Notes: generated by a model from the letters alone, not told the origin. DNA of 64,000 nt from Octopus sinensis (GCF_006345805.1 NC_042999.1:127472001-127536000), one strand, 5' to 3'. Positions 1 through 12,439 are shown, counted from the stretch's first letter. A program made the numbers and translations.

Positions 1-934
1 CTCCAAAACTATATACCATGAAACCATACCTGAATCTTGACTCCCAGCAATCCAGCTTATGAATTAGGAAATATTTCATGTTTTTAATAGTAATTAAAAA
101 TAAAAGAAAGGTACACATTAGATAGTATAACCTCTAGTTACTTCCTGCCCCCCTCTCTATGCACAAAAAGGTAGGATGTTCACAGCCAGTATGGATTTGA
201 TCATAGTTCTGTTTGCTCAGTATTGAACCACTTAAGAACATCAATAACAACAACAAACCACATTTATTTAGTTATGGAACCCTTAATCCTGTCAATTAAG
301 TTTTGTATAATCAATATTTTTCTACTTAAAAGGCTGCAAATTTTTATACCTTTATTTATTTATCTATTTTTTATCAAGTGAAAACTATTGGTAACATTAA
401 GCTAGAGTAGAATTTGTAGGCAATGATAAATGTGAAATTCTTTGATCAGGTCTGCAAAAGTTAAACCCTCTCTCCAGATACAAAATAGGAATAAAGTGAG
501 ATATCTATTACAAATATTGCTAGAATACAAAATTTTGTGTTAAATTATGATTGGGGTGATATTGGAGATGACAAAGATAATTGCTATGTTGATTGTGATT
601 TCTTTATATGTATGAGTGTACGTTTGTATTTTTAAAAAAAATTCTTTTGTGTTATCCTTTTTATAATAGGGTTCACTTTTAGAGAGAGAAAAAGAGTAAT
701 GGAGGGAGTGTGTGAGTTATTTGTTAGTAGTTGATAGGATATATGTGTATGTTGTATTGGCAGTAATATACAATGCTATTGATGATATAGATGTGGTTTC
801 CAACAGTTATGTTGCTTCATCTGTCATCACCAAGTTGTTTCATCTGTCCTCATTTCCCACCTTCCCCATGGTTGGTTGGGGATATGTGCTTTATTGTATA
901 CTATGCTAGTATATTTTATGTCAGCAAAGATTGG

Positions 935-1040
935 CAGTCAATTAAATCACCTCTCGGTACTTAGAATTTTATTTTATTGATCCCTGGATGGATGAAAAGC
1001 CAAGTTTACCTTGGTGAGATTTGAACTTAAAATGTAAAGA
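935..1040 (-). mobile_element. Degenerate SINE family B fragment
   Basis: Reverse-complement match to the family B core (gatgaaaagccaagtttaccttggtgagatttgaact), compared with the better-preserved copy at 15144-15330. Confidence 0.6.
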
Positions 1041-2896
1041 CTACTACCCTCATGTTTCGCATATCTCCATCAAATCATACCATACCATTTTAAAAAGAGA
1101 TGCAAGCATACACACATACATTGTAGGTATGGCTAACTAGGGCTGACTGAGACTTAAATAACAACAACAACAACAACAACTTTAAGTATTATATACATGA
1201 CCTGATCAGGCAATAATTGTTTTTATACATATCAACTATATGTTGTTGCTTTTTTCTACAATATCAGGCCGGATCATAGCTAAGGTGGAGCAAGCCTTTT
1301 AGTCTTCACCTAGTTTTAAAAATTATCTTAATATCAATGATGTATATCAGGTGTGACCACTTGACTGATGACAAATATTTGCCAAATCTCCCTAAGATTA
1401 CATCTTACAATCTTAAATAAGGACAGAATACATTAGATTAATGTTGTCCTATATTTACTTAAGCACTTCACTCCCTATGAAGCATAGGCCATTGACAACT
1501 TTTCTCCATTTTCAACTCTGGGTTGTCTTTCCCTAATTGAAGGCCGTCCTCCTTCATGTTTTGCTGGTTTTGAATTTTCATCAATACTTCTGTAACATTG
1601 CTTTTTCTAGATTGGGGTTTTGGGCCTGTGCAAACCAGTTTTTACTTCTGGGAGGAGGTGATCCATATTATTCTAATATGAACTAAATTCTATACATACT
1701 CTTAAAAATTTAGTGGGGGTGTCATGAACCTATGAGCATAGGTTTTGTTGGTGTTTTGCTAGGGCTAAACTGCAACACATTTCTTTCAAAGAATGCATCT
1801 GTCCTATAAACATCAGTTTACCAGATTTTGGTAGTTAATTTTTAAATGAATTTTAAAAAAATGATTAATTCTCTTGTGCTTATTGAATTAATCTGAAATT
1901 TTGAGTTGTTGAAGATTTTGGTGAATTTTACTAGTCAGTTTGATTAAAGGGTACAGCAATGACTTTATGTAACAAATAACTGTCTCCTATATCTAGGAGA
2001 GCTTTTTAATGCTTGATACATAACCCCCAAGTTTTCCAAGTTAATTTGGTTAAGAGAAAATTTCCTCATGGGTATGATAGTCTATTTCTATTGCAGGTAA
2101 CATTTCCAGATGATCTGGTACATATTTCTGGCAATTCTCTTTTATCTTTTACTTGTTCCTGTCATTGAACTAAAGGAATGTAGAATAACGTGTTCTGCTC
2201 AGAAACTATAAAGCATCTGTTGTGGATGTGAAATCCCAACATATCATCCAATATTCCTGTATCTCATCTACTTAAGTTATTTCACCTTTATATAGCATAT
2301 ATGTGTTACATGTGCACTATTCGTTTTTTATTCTTTTTTACAATTACAATTGATTTTTTAAAAATTTTAATTTTCTATAGAGGGTTGATGGTATCTGGGA
2401 ATATTAGCTAAAACAATTGAGAAAATATCTCATAAAAAATATCAAGTTGGTCACTCAGTTAATATCTTTATGATGGGAATTCTTCTGAATAATTAATCCA
2501 CTTATTAACAATTGACTTCAAACACTTTTTTTTTTATTGACAATTGCCTCCTGATGTAATCTCAGACTTTGTTTCAACATCACCTTATCTTTCTTCAACT
2601 AATTTTAGCTAAATTATTAACAGTCTAAATCAACCAACTTACTAAAGAATGATTATGAATTGCAAGTTAATCATTTCAACCTAGTCATACTGACATGCAT
2701 TAAATATAAAGTACACGATAAAGGTATGAGTAACAAAAATAAATAAATAACATTTTGTAGGGAAAAAAATATCTTCTAATCAAAGCACCTGACAAGAAGC
2801 AAAAAAAAATTAGCAACTGATTTTGGAGTGATTGATATTGATGAAAATTTTTGGTGTGGCTGTTTCTGTGAAGAATTATGGCACATAGTTTTTCTG

Positions 2897-3068
2897 TGTT
2901 GACAACTGGTGTTAGTATGTTTATGTCCCTTGTAACCTTGTGGTTTAGCATAAGAGACAGATAAAGTAAGTACCAGTACTGGGGTCGATTCATTTGGCTA
3001 AAATTCTTCAAGGTGGTGCCTCAGCATAGCCATAGTCTAATGACTGAAACAAGTAAAAGATAAAAGAT
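2897..3068 (+). mobile_element. SINE family A, 3' half
   Basis: Contains gacaactggtgt..., gcatagccatagtctaatgactgaaacaagtaaaagataaaag, the same tail as the full copies at 23406 and 46765. Confidence 0.8.
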
Positions 3069-3137
3069 GCATGGCTTTTTGTTTGTTTCTTGGTTGGTCT
3101 GAAGGAAAGAGCAGAACCTATGACCTTCACAGGTCTT

Positions 3138-3880
3138 TCTAGACCAATGAGACAATGCCATTGATGTTCTTGAACTTTTACAAGTCAACACCTGTGGGAA
3201 AAATAATGAGCAAGTAGGAAATTCAAGAGAGCCAACATTCTGAGAAGGAAAAACTGGGTTTAGTAATTAGCACAGAGCCCGGGAGGCTGGGCACGACATG
3301 GGTTAGGTTTAGGGGTGGAAACATGAGCAGGTTGGGAATACCTTGGTAGTGATAGCAGTTCCAAGGAACAGAGGTCACTATAGATAAGGCAGAAAGAGGA
3401 AACAGTGGTTTGTTGGCTGTATCATGTCTGAGTGACTTTTGTGACTTTCAGCTGCATGGTCCATTTCTGGATGTGCTCTCTGATGCCTGTGTGTGCAGCA
3501 GCATTATTCCAAATGTGAAAGCAATACTCCATTTTGAATTTCATAGTGGAGCCTAACATTTGGATTGATTTTTGAGGCTGCAATTGTGTATTGCTCATAG
3601 TTAAGGATATAGATTGTGTGTTATTTTGTGTCAAACTTCATCAAGTTAGACCAATGATCAAATGTATTCCCAAACAGGACCATTTTACATTTTTTTGATC
3701 AGCCAGTATATCCTCCTTGAAAATTTAGTTATTTCTAGCTCATCAGACAACCACATAGAGGCTTCTCTGTTGACTTGGGCATGCAATAAATTGTTGTTTA
3801 GATCCAAGTCAATCCTTACTGAACAGACCTATGATGAAAGGTACTTCCTCCATGATTATCCAGTATTATCCATTTATAAG
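3138..3880 (-). mobile_element. Decayed CR1/Jockey-group LINE, C-terminal part of RT ORF
   Basis: Minus-strand translation gives MEYCFHIWNNAAAHTGIREHIQKWTMQL, resembling the MEYCSHxW...LDxIQxRAxR motif, and near the 3' end IFPTGVDL*KFKNIN, resembling VFPxxYDLxxFK. Multiple stops and frameshifts. Confidence 0.7.
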
Positions 3881-4564
3881 ACAAAAATTTGCTTTAAGTC
3901 AGAGTTTGCTGCTTTGTCTTGCAGGTTTTATGACTAGAGGCTTTTTCGTTATCTCAAGCAGACAGCAATTTCAGAATGCTAAGTGTTAAGCATAGGTAAA
4001 TTTTTCTTCCCGGAAATATTTATATAAAAGTGATATTCAGTAAAATAGTAAAATAGCAACTGGTTGCTACTATTCCTTCCAGACTGGTTATCCAATCTAT
4101 CTGTTCTGTACCATCAGAAAACATCAATCTTCAATGAAGGCATGTGCTTGGAATTTTAGATTTTTCCTATTCCATATTCAGACAATTAAGTCTGTAGAAA
4201 TCACATTTAATAATCATGAAGTGAAGAAGCCGCACATATGCACACACATTGAAACAGAAACACACAATAACATATATTGATGATGAGTCTGTGAAAGTCT
4301 AGAAAGGTCAATTATGATGGATTTAGGAACTTTGTTCTACATGAAGTATAAGAGACTCATGAAAATACGAAAAATACCTCAATAAAAAAAAAAATTCAAA
4401 CCAATTTAATGCACTTTTGAACTATTGCATCATCATCATCGTCATCTTGACTTCCTCTCTCTTTTTTTTCAATATCTGAATTTCCTAGTTTTTTTATTAT
4501 TGTGTTCTGCCACTTCTCAGTCTGTCTTCTTGACTATTCATTTCCTGTTCTACTTTTACCTTTT

Positions 4565-4740
4565 GTTTCAACATAGACACATTGATAGTTGTGTGGCAAG
4601 AAGTTTGCTTCCTAACTACATGGGCTTGGGTTCAGTCAGACTGCATAGGACCTTGGGCTAATCTACTATAGCCCAAGGCTGACCAAAGACTTGTAAATAG
4701 ATTTGGAAGACAGGAACTGTAAGAATCTCATCAACTGGTG
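4565..4740 (+). mobile_element. SINE family A, degenerate 5' half
   Basis: gtgtggcaagaagtttgcttcctaactacatgggcttgggttcagtc...gaccaaagacttgt matches the family A tRNA-like head. Confidence 0.7.
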
Positions 4741-5065
4741 TTCATGGAAAAATGTTAATTTGCTTGGAAACAAATAGGAATTGGCTTCAGGAAGGGCAGT
4801 TGGCTACAAAAGATCTTCAACAAAATCCATTTGACCCATGCAAACATAAAAAAGTGGGTGTAAATATGATGATGATGTTGATGATTATAATGATGAAAAG
4901 TATAATGGCAGAAGCAATCATTATTGTCCTGGTAACATGCGTTATGATGCATGACAAAAGTGCACCCAGTCCATGCTATAAAGTGGGGAGAAGTAAGTGT
5001 ATTTTACTTTCTTCTCCCCTACAACCACCATTACTACGTATACCTATATGGGTGTATAAGTGATG

Positions 5066-5470
5066 GAATCATCATCATCATCATCATTTAACATCCGCTT
5101 TCCATGCTAGCATGAGTTGAATGATTTGACTGAGGTCTGGTGAACCAGATGGCTGCACCAGACTCCAATCTGATCTGACAAAGTTTCTACAGCTGGATGC
5201 TCTTCCTAACGCCAATCATTCCGAGAGTGTAGTGGGTGCTTTTACGTGTCACTGGTACGAGGGCTAGTCAGGCAGTACTAGCAGTGGCCAAGCTCAAATA
5301 GTGCTTTTCATGTGCCACCTGCACAGGATCCAGTCCAGCAGCACTGGCAACGACCTCTCTTGAATGTTTTTTCACGTGCCACCAGCACAAGTGCCAGTAA
5401 GGCGACACAGGTAACAATCATGCTCAAATGGTGCTTTTTACGTACCATCGGCATGAAGGCCAGCTTCAGC
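5066..5470 (-). mobile_element. Retroelement 3'-tail family D (probably RTE-related), (CAT)n at left end
   Basis: catcatcatttaacatccgctttccatgctagcatg...ctggatgctcttcctaacgcc recurs at about 10 sites in the window. The RTE link is inference. Confidence 0.8.
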
Positions 5471-5519
5471 TATAAAACTCATACTGCCTTCTCTACAAAA
5501 TATTACTTGATACACAGTA

Positions 5520-5812
5520 AGACATGTCAAGCTAAGTAAAATTGTGGTTCCTCATCTTGCAGGCTTGTGGGTGTTGGTACCACATAAAAAGTATCTGCAC
5601 CAATGTCGCATAGAAGCACCCATGCCAGTGCCATGTAAGAGCTTCCAATCCACTCTGTAAAGTGGTTGATATTAGGAAGGGCATCCAACCATAGAAACCA
5701 AGCCAAAACATACAAATGGAACCAAGGCAGCTCTCTAGCTGGTCAACTCTTGTCAACTGTCCAACCCATGCAAGCATGGAAAATAGATGTTAAATGATGA
5801 TGATGATGATGT
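5520..5812 (+). mobile_element. Family D copy, opposite orientation to the copy at 5066
   Basis: aggaagggcatccaaccatagaaacc...cccatgcaagcatggaaaatagatgttaaatgatgatgat. Confidence 0.8.
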
Positions 5813-6081
5813 TGATTTAATAATAAAAATATAATATAATTTTTTAAACATCAAATAGCTATGAGTGTCCATTCAAGTGAAATAAGAATCAAACCAATCC
5901 AAGTTTATATGATTGAGAAACACTGAAGCCAGGTAATGTTCCTTGGTTTCATTGCAAGGTCACACTGTCTTTAACTTATCAAGAGTAATTTGCCACATCC
6001 CTGCAGCTGTTTGTTTTGTTTTAGTTATCTCTCTCTCTCTGTCCCGGTCTCTGTCTATCCAGCTATCTGTTAGCCACAAAA

Positions 6082-6173
6082 ATGTACTATGCGGGTCAGT
6101 CAGATTTAAATAAGGAAAGCTTATTTAAGCCGAGAGTTTATGATAAAGAAGAGATTAGCCTACTAACGACTTA
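6082..6173 (+). CDS. Candidate short first coding exon (MYYAGQSDLNKESLFKPRVYDKEEISLLTT, phase 2)
   Basis: ATG in cacaaaaATG context, 30 open codons in non-repeat sequence with several CpGs, possible donor TA|GTGAGA. Without splicing it ends at TAG TGA. No homology recognised. Confidence 0.25.
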
Positions 6174-6242
6174 GTGAGAGGATTTATGAGAAATTACAAG
6201 TTCATATATTTAATATCGTATTGATTCCTATCCTACTTTCTT

Positions 6243-6284
<42 letters not shown>

Positions 6285-6954
6285 CACCTTCACCACCACC
6301 ACTTGTACTACTTATATATATATGTGTGTATTTGTATATTTATGTTCTTAGAGTTCTAGAAGTCTGTTGTTATTTGTTATTTAAATAGTTATTTATTCTA
6401 TCATGTGACTTAAAATTCTTGTTCTTTTTATGTCACTGACTCATCAAAAGTCACGACTTAAAATTTACAGAGAAATAATGAAGAAATTGTAATTTTGGTC
6501 AAAGAAAATAGTTTTGTCAAAAAAAAAAAAAACAAAAAAAAAAAAAACAAAACAAAAGTTGGAATCTGTTGCTAGCTGTCACAGCATTGGAAGGAAATGT
6601 GCAAAGGTTTTAAGTTCATTTATTTATCCCAGCTTGTTTTTTGTGAAAATATTGGCAGTTGTCAAAACATAAATTCACACACCTGAAGTTTAGAACTGTT
6701 GTATGAAGAAAAGATCTATTTGTTTATTTATTTGTTTAATGTCTGTTTTTGCCATGGCTTGAATGAGAATTTGATTTTGAGGCTGGATTTTATGGCCAGA
6801 TTTTTTTTCTGTCCCTAACCCTCACCTATTTTCAAGTCTCCCACCAGTCATATTGTCAACAATGAATGTCAAAAATAACACTGCTTTGCTCAAACAGTGA
6901 CGAACAAAACATCAACATTTACATGCACACACACACGCATATATACATCTGTAT

Positions 6955-7138
6955 ATATGATGGGCTAAATACAGTTTGTCTACTAAATTCACTCCCAAGA
7001 CATTAGTTGGCCTAGGGCAATATCATACTATACTTACCCAAGGTGTTGGACTGTGGGATTGAATCCAAAACATTGCAATCCAAAATCATGTTGTTGCAAA
7101 GAAAACACCTCCACCACACAGCTATGCCTGCACCTGTA
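6955..7138 (-). mobile_element. SINE family A head, degenerate
   Basis: Reverse complement of the A head (ccacacagctatgcctgcacct at right end; ccaaggtg...ctgtgggattgaatcc). Confidence 0.65.
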
Positions 7139-7267
7139 TGAATACCAATAATAATGCATAAAATCATAAATGATAATGCATAATAATAATGCATAAAATA
7201 ATGCATGGCACTGGGTCAGATCTTCTTCTCATATCTACTATCTCCTTTTATTCTAATATAATAATGT

Positions 7268-7572
7268 TATGTAGGACTGTTTGGTAAAAAGCTTGCTTCC
7301 CAACCACATGGTTTCAGTTTCAGTCTTACTGCATGGCATCTTAGGCAATTGTCTTCTGCTATAGCCTCGTGCTGACCAAAGCCTTGTGAGTGGATTTGGT
7401 GAATTCAGAAACTGAAAGAAGCCCATCATATATAACCCTGTAACTTAGCAGTTTGGCAAAAGAGACCAACAAAATAAGTAGTAGGCTAAAAAAAATAAGT
7501 CCTGGCGTTGATTTGTTTGACTAAAACCTTCAAGGCATGGCCACAATCAAATGACTGAAACAACTAAAAGAA
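7268..7572 (+). mobile_element. SINE family A with internal deletion
   Basis: Head (gcttgcttcccaaccacatggtttcagtttcagtc), middle (gaccaaagccttgtgagtggatttgg) and tail (aaatgactgaaacaactaaaag) are present. Confidence 0.8.
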
Positions 7573-8973
7573 GAGGAATTTCATGGAATTAAAGATTCTT
7601 TATATTACTCAGTATAATGTACTTTCCAGTTGATCTTAAGTTCTTGAAAATCACTCTGTTACTAAAAAGGTAGGTTTCTTACCTGTCATGTAGGGGTATC
7701 TTTGCTGAATATGTTGGTGTGTGTGTGTTCTTATTTGCCCCAAATCAGCTCTGATTAAGCAGTTCTATGATCACAAGTACTCCAACTGTTACTGCTTTCT
7801 TTTACTTATTACATAGTGTTATCTATATATCCTTCCCCTACCTTGTTTTTACCCTTTCTTTTGAAGATGGTAGGTGGGGGTGAGCTAATAAAAAAGATAA
7901 CAGGTCCAGTAACCATATAGAGGCTTCTCCATTGGGTCATAAATCACCATGAAAAAGATAAAGAGAAAAAACCCCCACAAATTTATTAAACTTTTGAGCT
8001 AAATCACAGAGATAAAAATAACATTAAAGAACCAGCCCATGGATCTTGAGTTCAAGTCTACATGTATCAATTCATGTAGCTGTTTAGAATATGTACTAAA
8101 TATTAGAGAAATGTTATTGGTGATGGACTGGTATCTTATCCTGTGTGAAATTAATCTATCATTTATATAAATACCAATCTGCCTCTTCCTGAGCCCCAAG
8201 AGAATCTCTTTAACTATTCAGCCATGATACTATTTACAATTGTTGCTATTAAAATATTTATTGATATCTAACATCCACCCCCCTTCTTTGACACTTATTC
8301 CTTGCTTTGCTAAAATGCTTATAAATATTCAGTGAGATGGAAACAAATTGCCTTGTCATTGATACATAGACAGACAGAATGTCGGCTGATTCAGAGACTT
8401 GTGCATAGACCTTTTGGTTGTAATAATAATTTCATTCTCATCAAAAAGCTGTAATAAATTTAATTTTGTTTCTGGACATATTGATAAACAAATATATTAT
8501 TTGGCCCACACTCTGTTACATTAAAGTATTGGCAGATTCTGTATAATATTTTGCAGCCAAAGCAGAATTTCCTTTATGTATCTGAGTCTGAGTTATTGAT
8601 GAAAAGCAAAAGTATTGTAAAAGTATCGTATTAAATATAAAGCCACCACCTAAAACATTTTGTTTGTACTTTCATTTCTTTTTATTTTTGTCTTGATTCA
8701 ATTATTAGGCTTGAGGTTAAAGGCATTGAAGAGAAGGAATAGAAAATATTAATGGGAACATTAAAAAAAAACAAAACAATTATAAAATAGATTTTTAAAA
8801 AAACTTTCAGCGTAGAAGATTTGTACAAAATTTTAGTTACTGCTAGAAAGTAAAACTAACTAAAAAGCTGCATTTTTGCTGTTTCATATTCTCCAGCTTA
8901 GTCAGCTGTTATCAAATAGAGAAAAAAAAGTAAAATAAAAAAACTTCAGTTGTTTTGCTGTCATATAGCTATA

Positions 8974-9206
8974 TTGATCCATTAGCATTTAAATTACTCT
9001 GTCAAATGCAATGCTTATTTATTCACATTGTTTTGAATTAATCATACATTATCTTGTATCTTTTGTATCTTCAAGATTTTGATGATGCGATTGTTTATTA
9101 TTAAAATGACATTGTAGGGTATGTGTAAGAGGTTGGATATAGCCAGTTTGAACATAAAACAGGTAGAATATTTGAGCTGGATGTGGCCAGTTAAAATGCT
9201 ATAGGG
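8974..9206. mobile_element. piggyBac-type MITE, degenerate copy
   Basis: Internal sequence nearly collinear with the TTAA-flanked copy at 21415-21642; ends eroded. Confidence 0.75.
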
Positions 9207-9454
9207 CTTTTAATGTGGAATTTTTATGATATAATTCTGTCTCCAATTTATCTATAAAATCTACCATAGAAAAGTAGTCCCTTAAGTCCATCTTATACCG
9301 TTTTCTAGTGAGCCATATATATCACAAGATTTTCAACAAGAACCACTTCAAAGTGAGCTACTATGCCATCGAGAACAACACAAAAGGAGCTACTATGCCA
9401 ACAAGAATTTCGCAGTTTGCATAAGAGATCCCAATGCTAAAAAGATTACAAACA

Positions 9455-9660
9455 ACAACATCATCATCATCGTTTAACATCTGCTTTCCATGCTGGCATG
9501 GATTGGACTGTTTGACATGGAACTGGTTTACAGGGAGCTGTCCAAACTACAACTGTCTGTTGAGGCATGGTTTCTATGGCTGGATGTCCTTCCTAATGCC
9601 AACCTCTTAACAGAGTCTGCTGGGTGCTTTTTACATACTACCAGCAACAACCAAATTTCA
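9455..9660 (-). mobile_element. Family D copy
   Basis: catcatcatcgtttaacatctgctttccatgctggcatgg...ggctggatgtccttcctaatgcc. Confidence 0.75.
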
Positions 9661-9745
9661 AATCCTGCACCTGTCTGTAATTACACATCCTAACAATTGC
9701 CTGCTTGATGGTAATTGCTTATAAAAATCTATGGATTACTGATAG

Positions 9746-9990
9746 TTAAAAAAGTAAAGTTCCTTCCTGAGTCACCGGGCCAGTTTCCCAGTTTCTATAG
9801 TGTATATATTCCTCACCTGGATGGGATGCCAGTCTGCTGCAGGATTACTCATTTTTGCCAGCTGAGTGAGCTGGAGCAATGTGAAATGAAGTGTCATGCT
9901 CAAGAACACAACACATCACCCGGTCCAGGAATTGAAACCACAATCTTGCGATCACAAATCTAACACCCTAACCACTAAGCGATACACATC
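9746..9990 (-). mobile_element. tRNA-headed SINE family C
   Basis: B-box-like complement ggaattgaaacc and ccctaaccactaagc at right end; core ctcatttttgccagctgagtg..ctggagcaa shared with 42495 and 43501. Confidence 0.85.
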
Positions 9991-10514
9991 TATATGCTGA
10001 AGTAGATAGACTTACGTGAAATTCTCTGCCTAAGAGCTATATCATAATAACCTCATAACTCTTCAACACAAGAATCTTTCATTAACCCTCAAAGATGATG
10101 TACAACCAACAGGCAACTAATCATACATATGTTATTACTTGGGCTATCTTAAACTATGTGCAACTACATCACCCAGGTTCTTGTTACCAGTTATGCTTAC
10201 CTGAAAAAAAAGCTTACCTTACAGTCAGGTTTGCAGGAGCTTCAATCTCAGGTCAGAGCTCTTAAATTCCTGTAAACATGCACCAAAGTACCTTTTAACC
10301 ACATTATATACTATCTAAATATACAAATTACTTTTTGCTCTCAACTGGATGGAAACACTGTGAGACACTGCAAACATTTTTGCAAACTTTCTTAAACTCA
10401 ATTTGGAAGAGTTCTTGATAACTTTGGTTACTTCCCTCATTTATTTACATAACACCTCCATGCTTTGCTTCATACCATTTTTTTTTATACCAGAAAAAAG
10501 TTCTTTTAGTACCA

Positions 10515-10561
10515 TTTGAGTGGATTTGGTGGACAGAACTGAGAGAAGCCCAAATTATATT

Positions 10562-10638
<77 letters not shown>

Positions 10639-10640
10639 TC
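10515..10640 (+). mobile_element. Truncated SINE A middle segment with (TG)n(TA)n microsatellite
   Basis: gagtggatttggtggacagaactgagagaagccc followed by long TG then TA runs. Confidence 0.7.
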
Positions 10641-10650
10641 TTTTTTTTTT

Positions 10651-10877
10651 TACTCTTTTACTTGTTTCAGTCATTTGTCTGCGGCCATGCTGGAGCACCG
10701 CCTTTAATCGAGCAACTCGACCCCGGGACGACTTATTCTTTGTAAGCCCAGTACTTATTCTATCAGTCTCTTTTGCCGAACTGCTAAGTGACAGGGACAT
10801 AAACACACCAGCATCGGTTGTCAAACAATGCTAGGGGGACAAACACAGACACACAAACATACACGCACACATATATA

Positions 10878-10948
<71 letters not shown>

Positions 10949-11121
10949 CACATATATACGACGGGCTTCTTTCAGTTTCCGTCTACCAAATCCACTCACA
11001 AGGCTTTGGTCGGCCTGAGGCTATAGTCGAAGACACTTGCCCAAGGTGCCACGCAGTGGGACTGAACCCGTAACCAAGTGGTTGGTAAGCAAGCTACTTA
11101 TCACACAGCCACTCCTGCGCC
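10651..11121 (-). mobile_element. Full-length, well-preserved SINE family A with internal (CA)/(TA) microsatellite
   Basis: Complete reverse complement of the A structure: tail (tactcttttacttgtttcagtcattt), body, microsatellite and tRNA-like head (gggactgaaccc = B box, ccacacagccactcctgcgcc-like end). Many CpGs retained. Confidence 0.92.
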
Positions 11122-11172
<51 letters not shown>

Positions 11173-12439
11173 GTATATATATGCGTGCGTGTGTGTATGT
11201 GTAAGTTTGCGTGTGTTTATCTTAAAATCACATGCTCTAATTGTAAACAAATATCATCATCATCATACCTTTCATTTGTAATCTTTTGGGAAAACGTTTG
11301 TCATGGAAATATTACTTTGCTTGAAAATAATGGTTGGCAGCAGGAAGTACATCCCGCTCCCTCTGAAAATCTGCTTCCATTAATCTTTACAAACCCATGC
11401 AAGTGGACATGCATGTGCATATACATATGTGTGTGTGTGTGTGTGTGTGTATACTTATGTCTATCTTCCTTCCTCCTCCCTCCTCCCCCTTTATTTAGCT
11501 ATATGTATACATGTATGTATAGTTTAGTATTTTTCACAGTTTTTTTTTTGTTTTTGTACATTTTCAAAGCATGTGTATGCTGGATCGCTGGGTTTCTTTC
11601 TCATGACCATACCACTGTGAAGCAGAACCACTTGCCTCATATTACATAACTTACTAATGTCAAACGAGAGACAAAAATACTTGCCCTGAAGGTAAACTAA
11701 GTAGACCGACTTTTTTACCTTTTCCATCTGAGAGAATTTCCACTTGTTTCAGAAATGCATCAAACCATTAAAAACTTTCAAAACAAAGCCAGTGGTAGGT
11801 GTGTGTGTGTGTGTGTGTGCTTATATTTGCATTATAATCCTTTTATAGAGGTTGCTATAGAATTTGTCTTTATTGGAACATAAAGATGATTCACCAAACT
11901 TAATTATTGTGTTGATGCTGAGTCAGATAGCAACAGGTAACAACGCCTATTTTCCATTATATTACCTGACTCTGCATTTACATATACGACTGTTGGCACA
12001 CACTCACTCACACATACTTGTATGAAAGTTAAAATATACTAACATCTCTTATAGAGATTTTAGAATGAGCTACTTTGCTTGTTGCAAAATCAGTGGCTGA
12101 ATGTCACTTGTTTTTCTGTATGTTGTAAGCTAAGACAAATGACTGCCATGTCTAGCAGACAGGTGCCCGGTACTGATGGAGGGAAATACCCTGAAACTTG
12201 GTATACTGGTCTTGTCACTACTAGATAGTAGGGGGTTGCTCCCCTGTTCACAATATATTGGACACAGGTTGTGTCGTTAACCAGCTGGGAGAGATGTCCT
12301 CCAGCCATGTTGAAGTGGCAGCAAACATTATTTTCATATATTCTTTTCATATATTCGTTTCAGCTCTAAGGCTGTGGCCATTCTGGGGCACCATGTGCAG
12401 ATATACATATATATCTATAAAATATATGTGTGTGTGTAT

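Noticed and set aside
1700-2700. Possible decayed Penelope-like element on the minus strand
   Set aside because: Only faint motif echoes (DDMLGF, YKGEI) were seen; too weak to call without an HMM search.
10520-11649. Long ORFs of 60-154 aa in the ORF track
   Set aside because: They consist of YI/CV/HT dipeptide runs from microsatellites plus SINE-derived text; the same applies to most ORFs at 12899, 25899-26271, 30528-30799, 46722-47092, 52015, 56377, 59808 and 63166.
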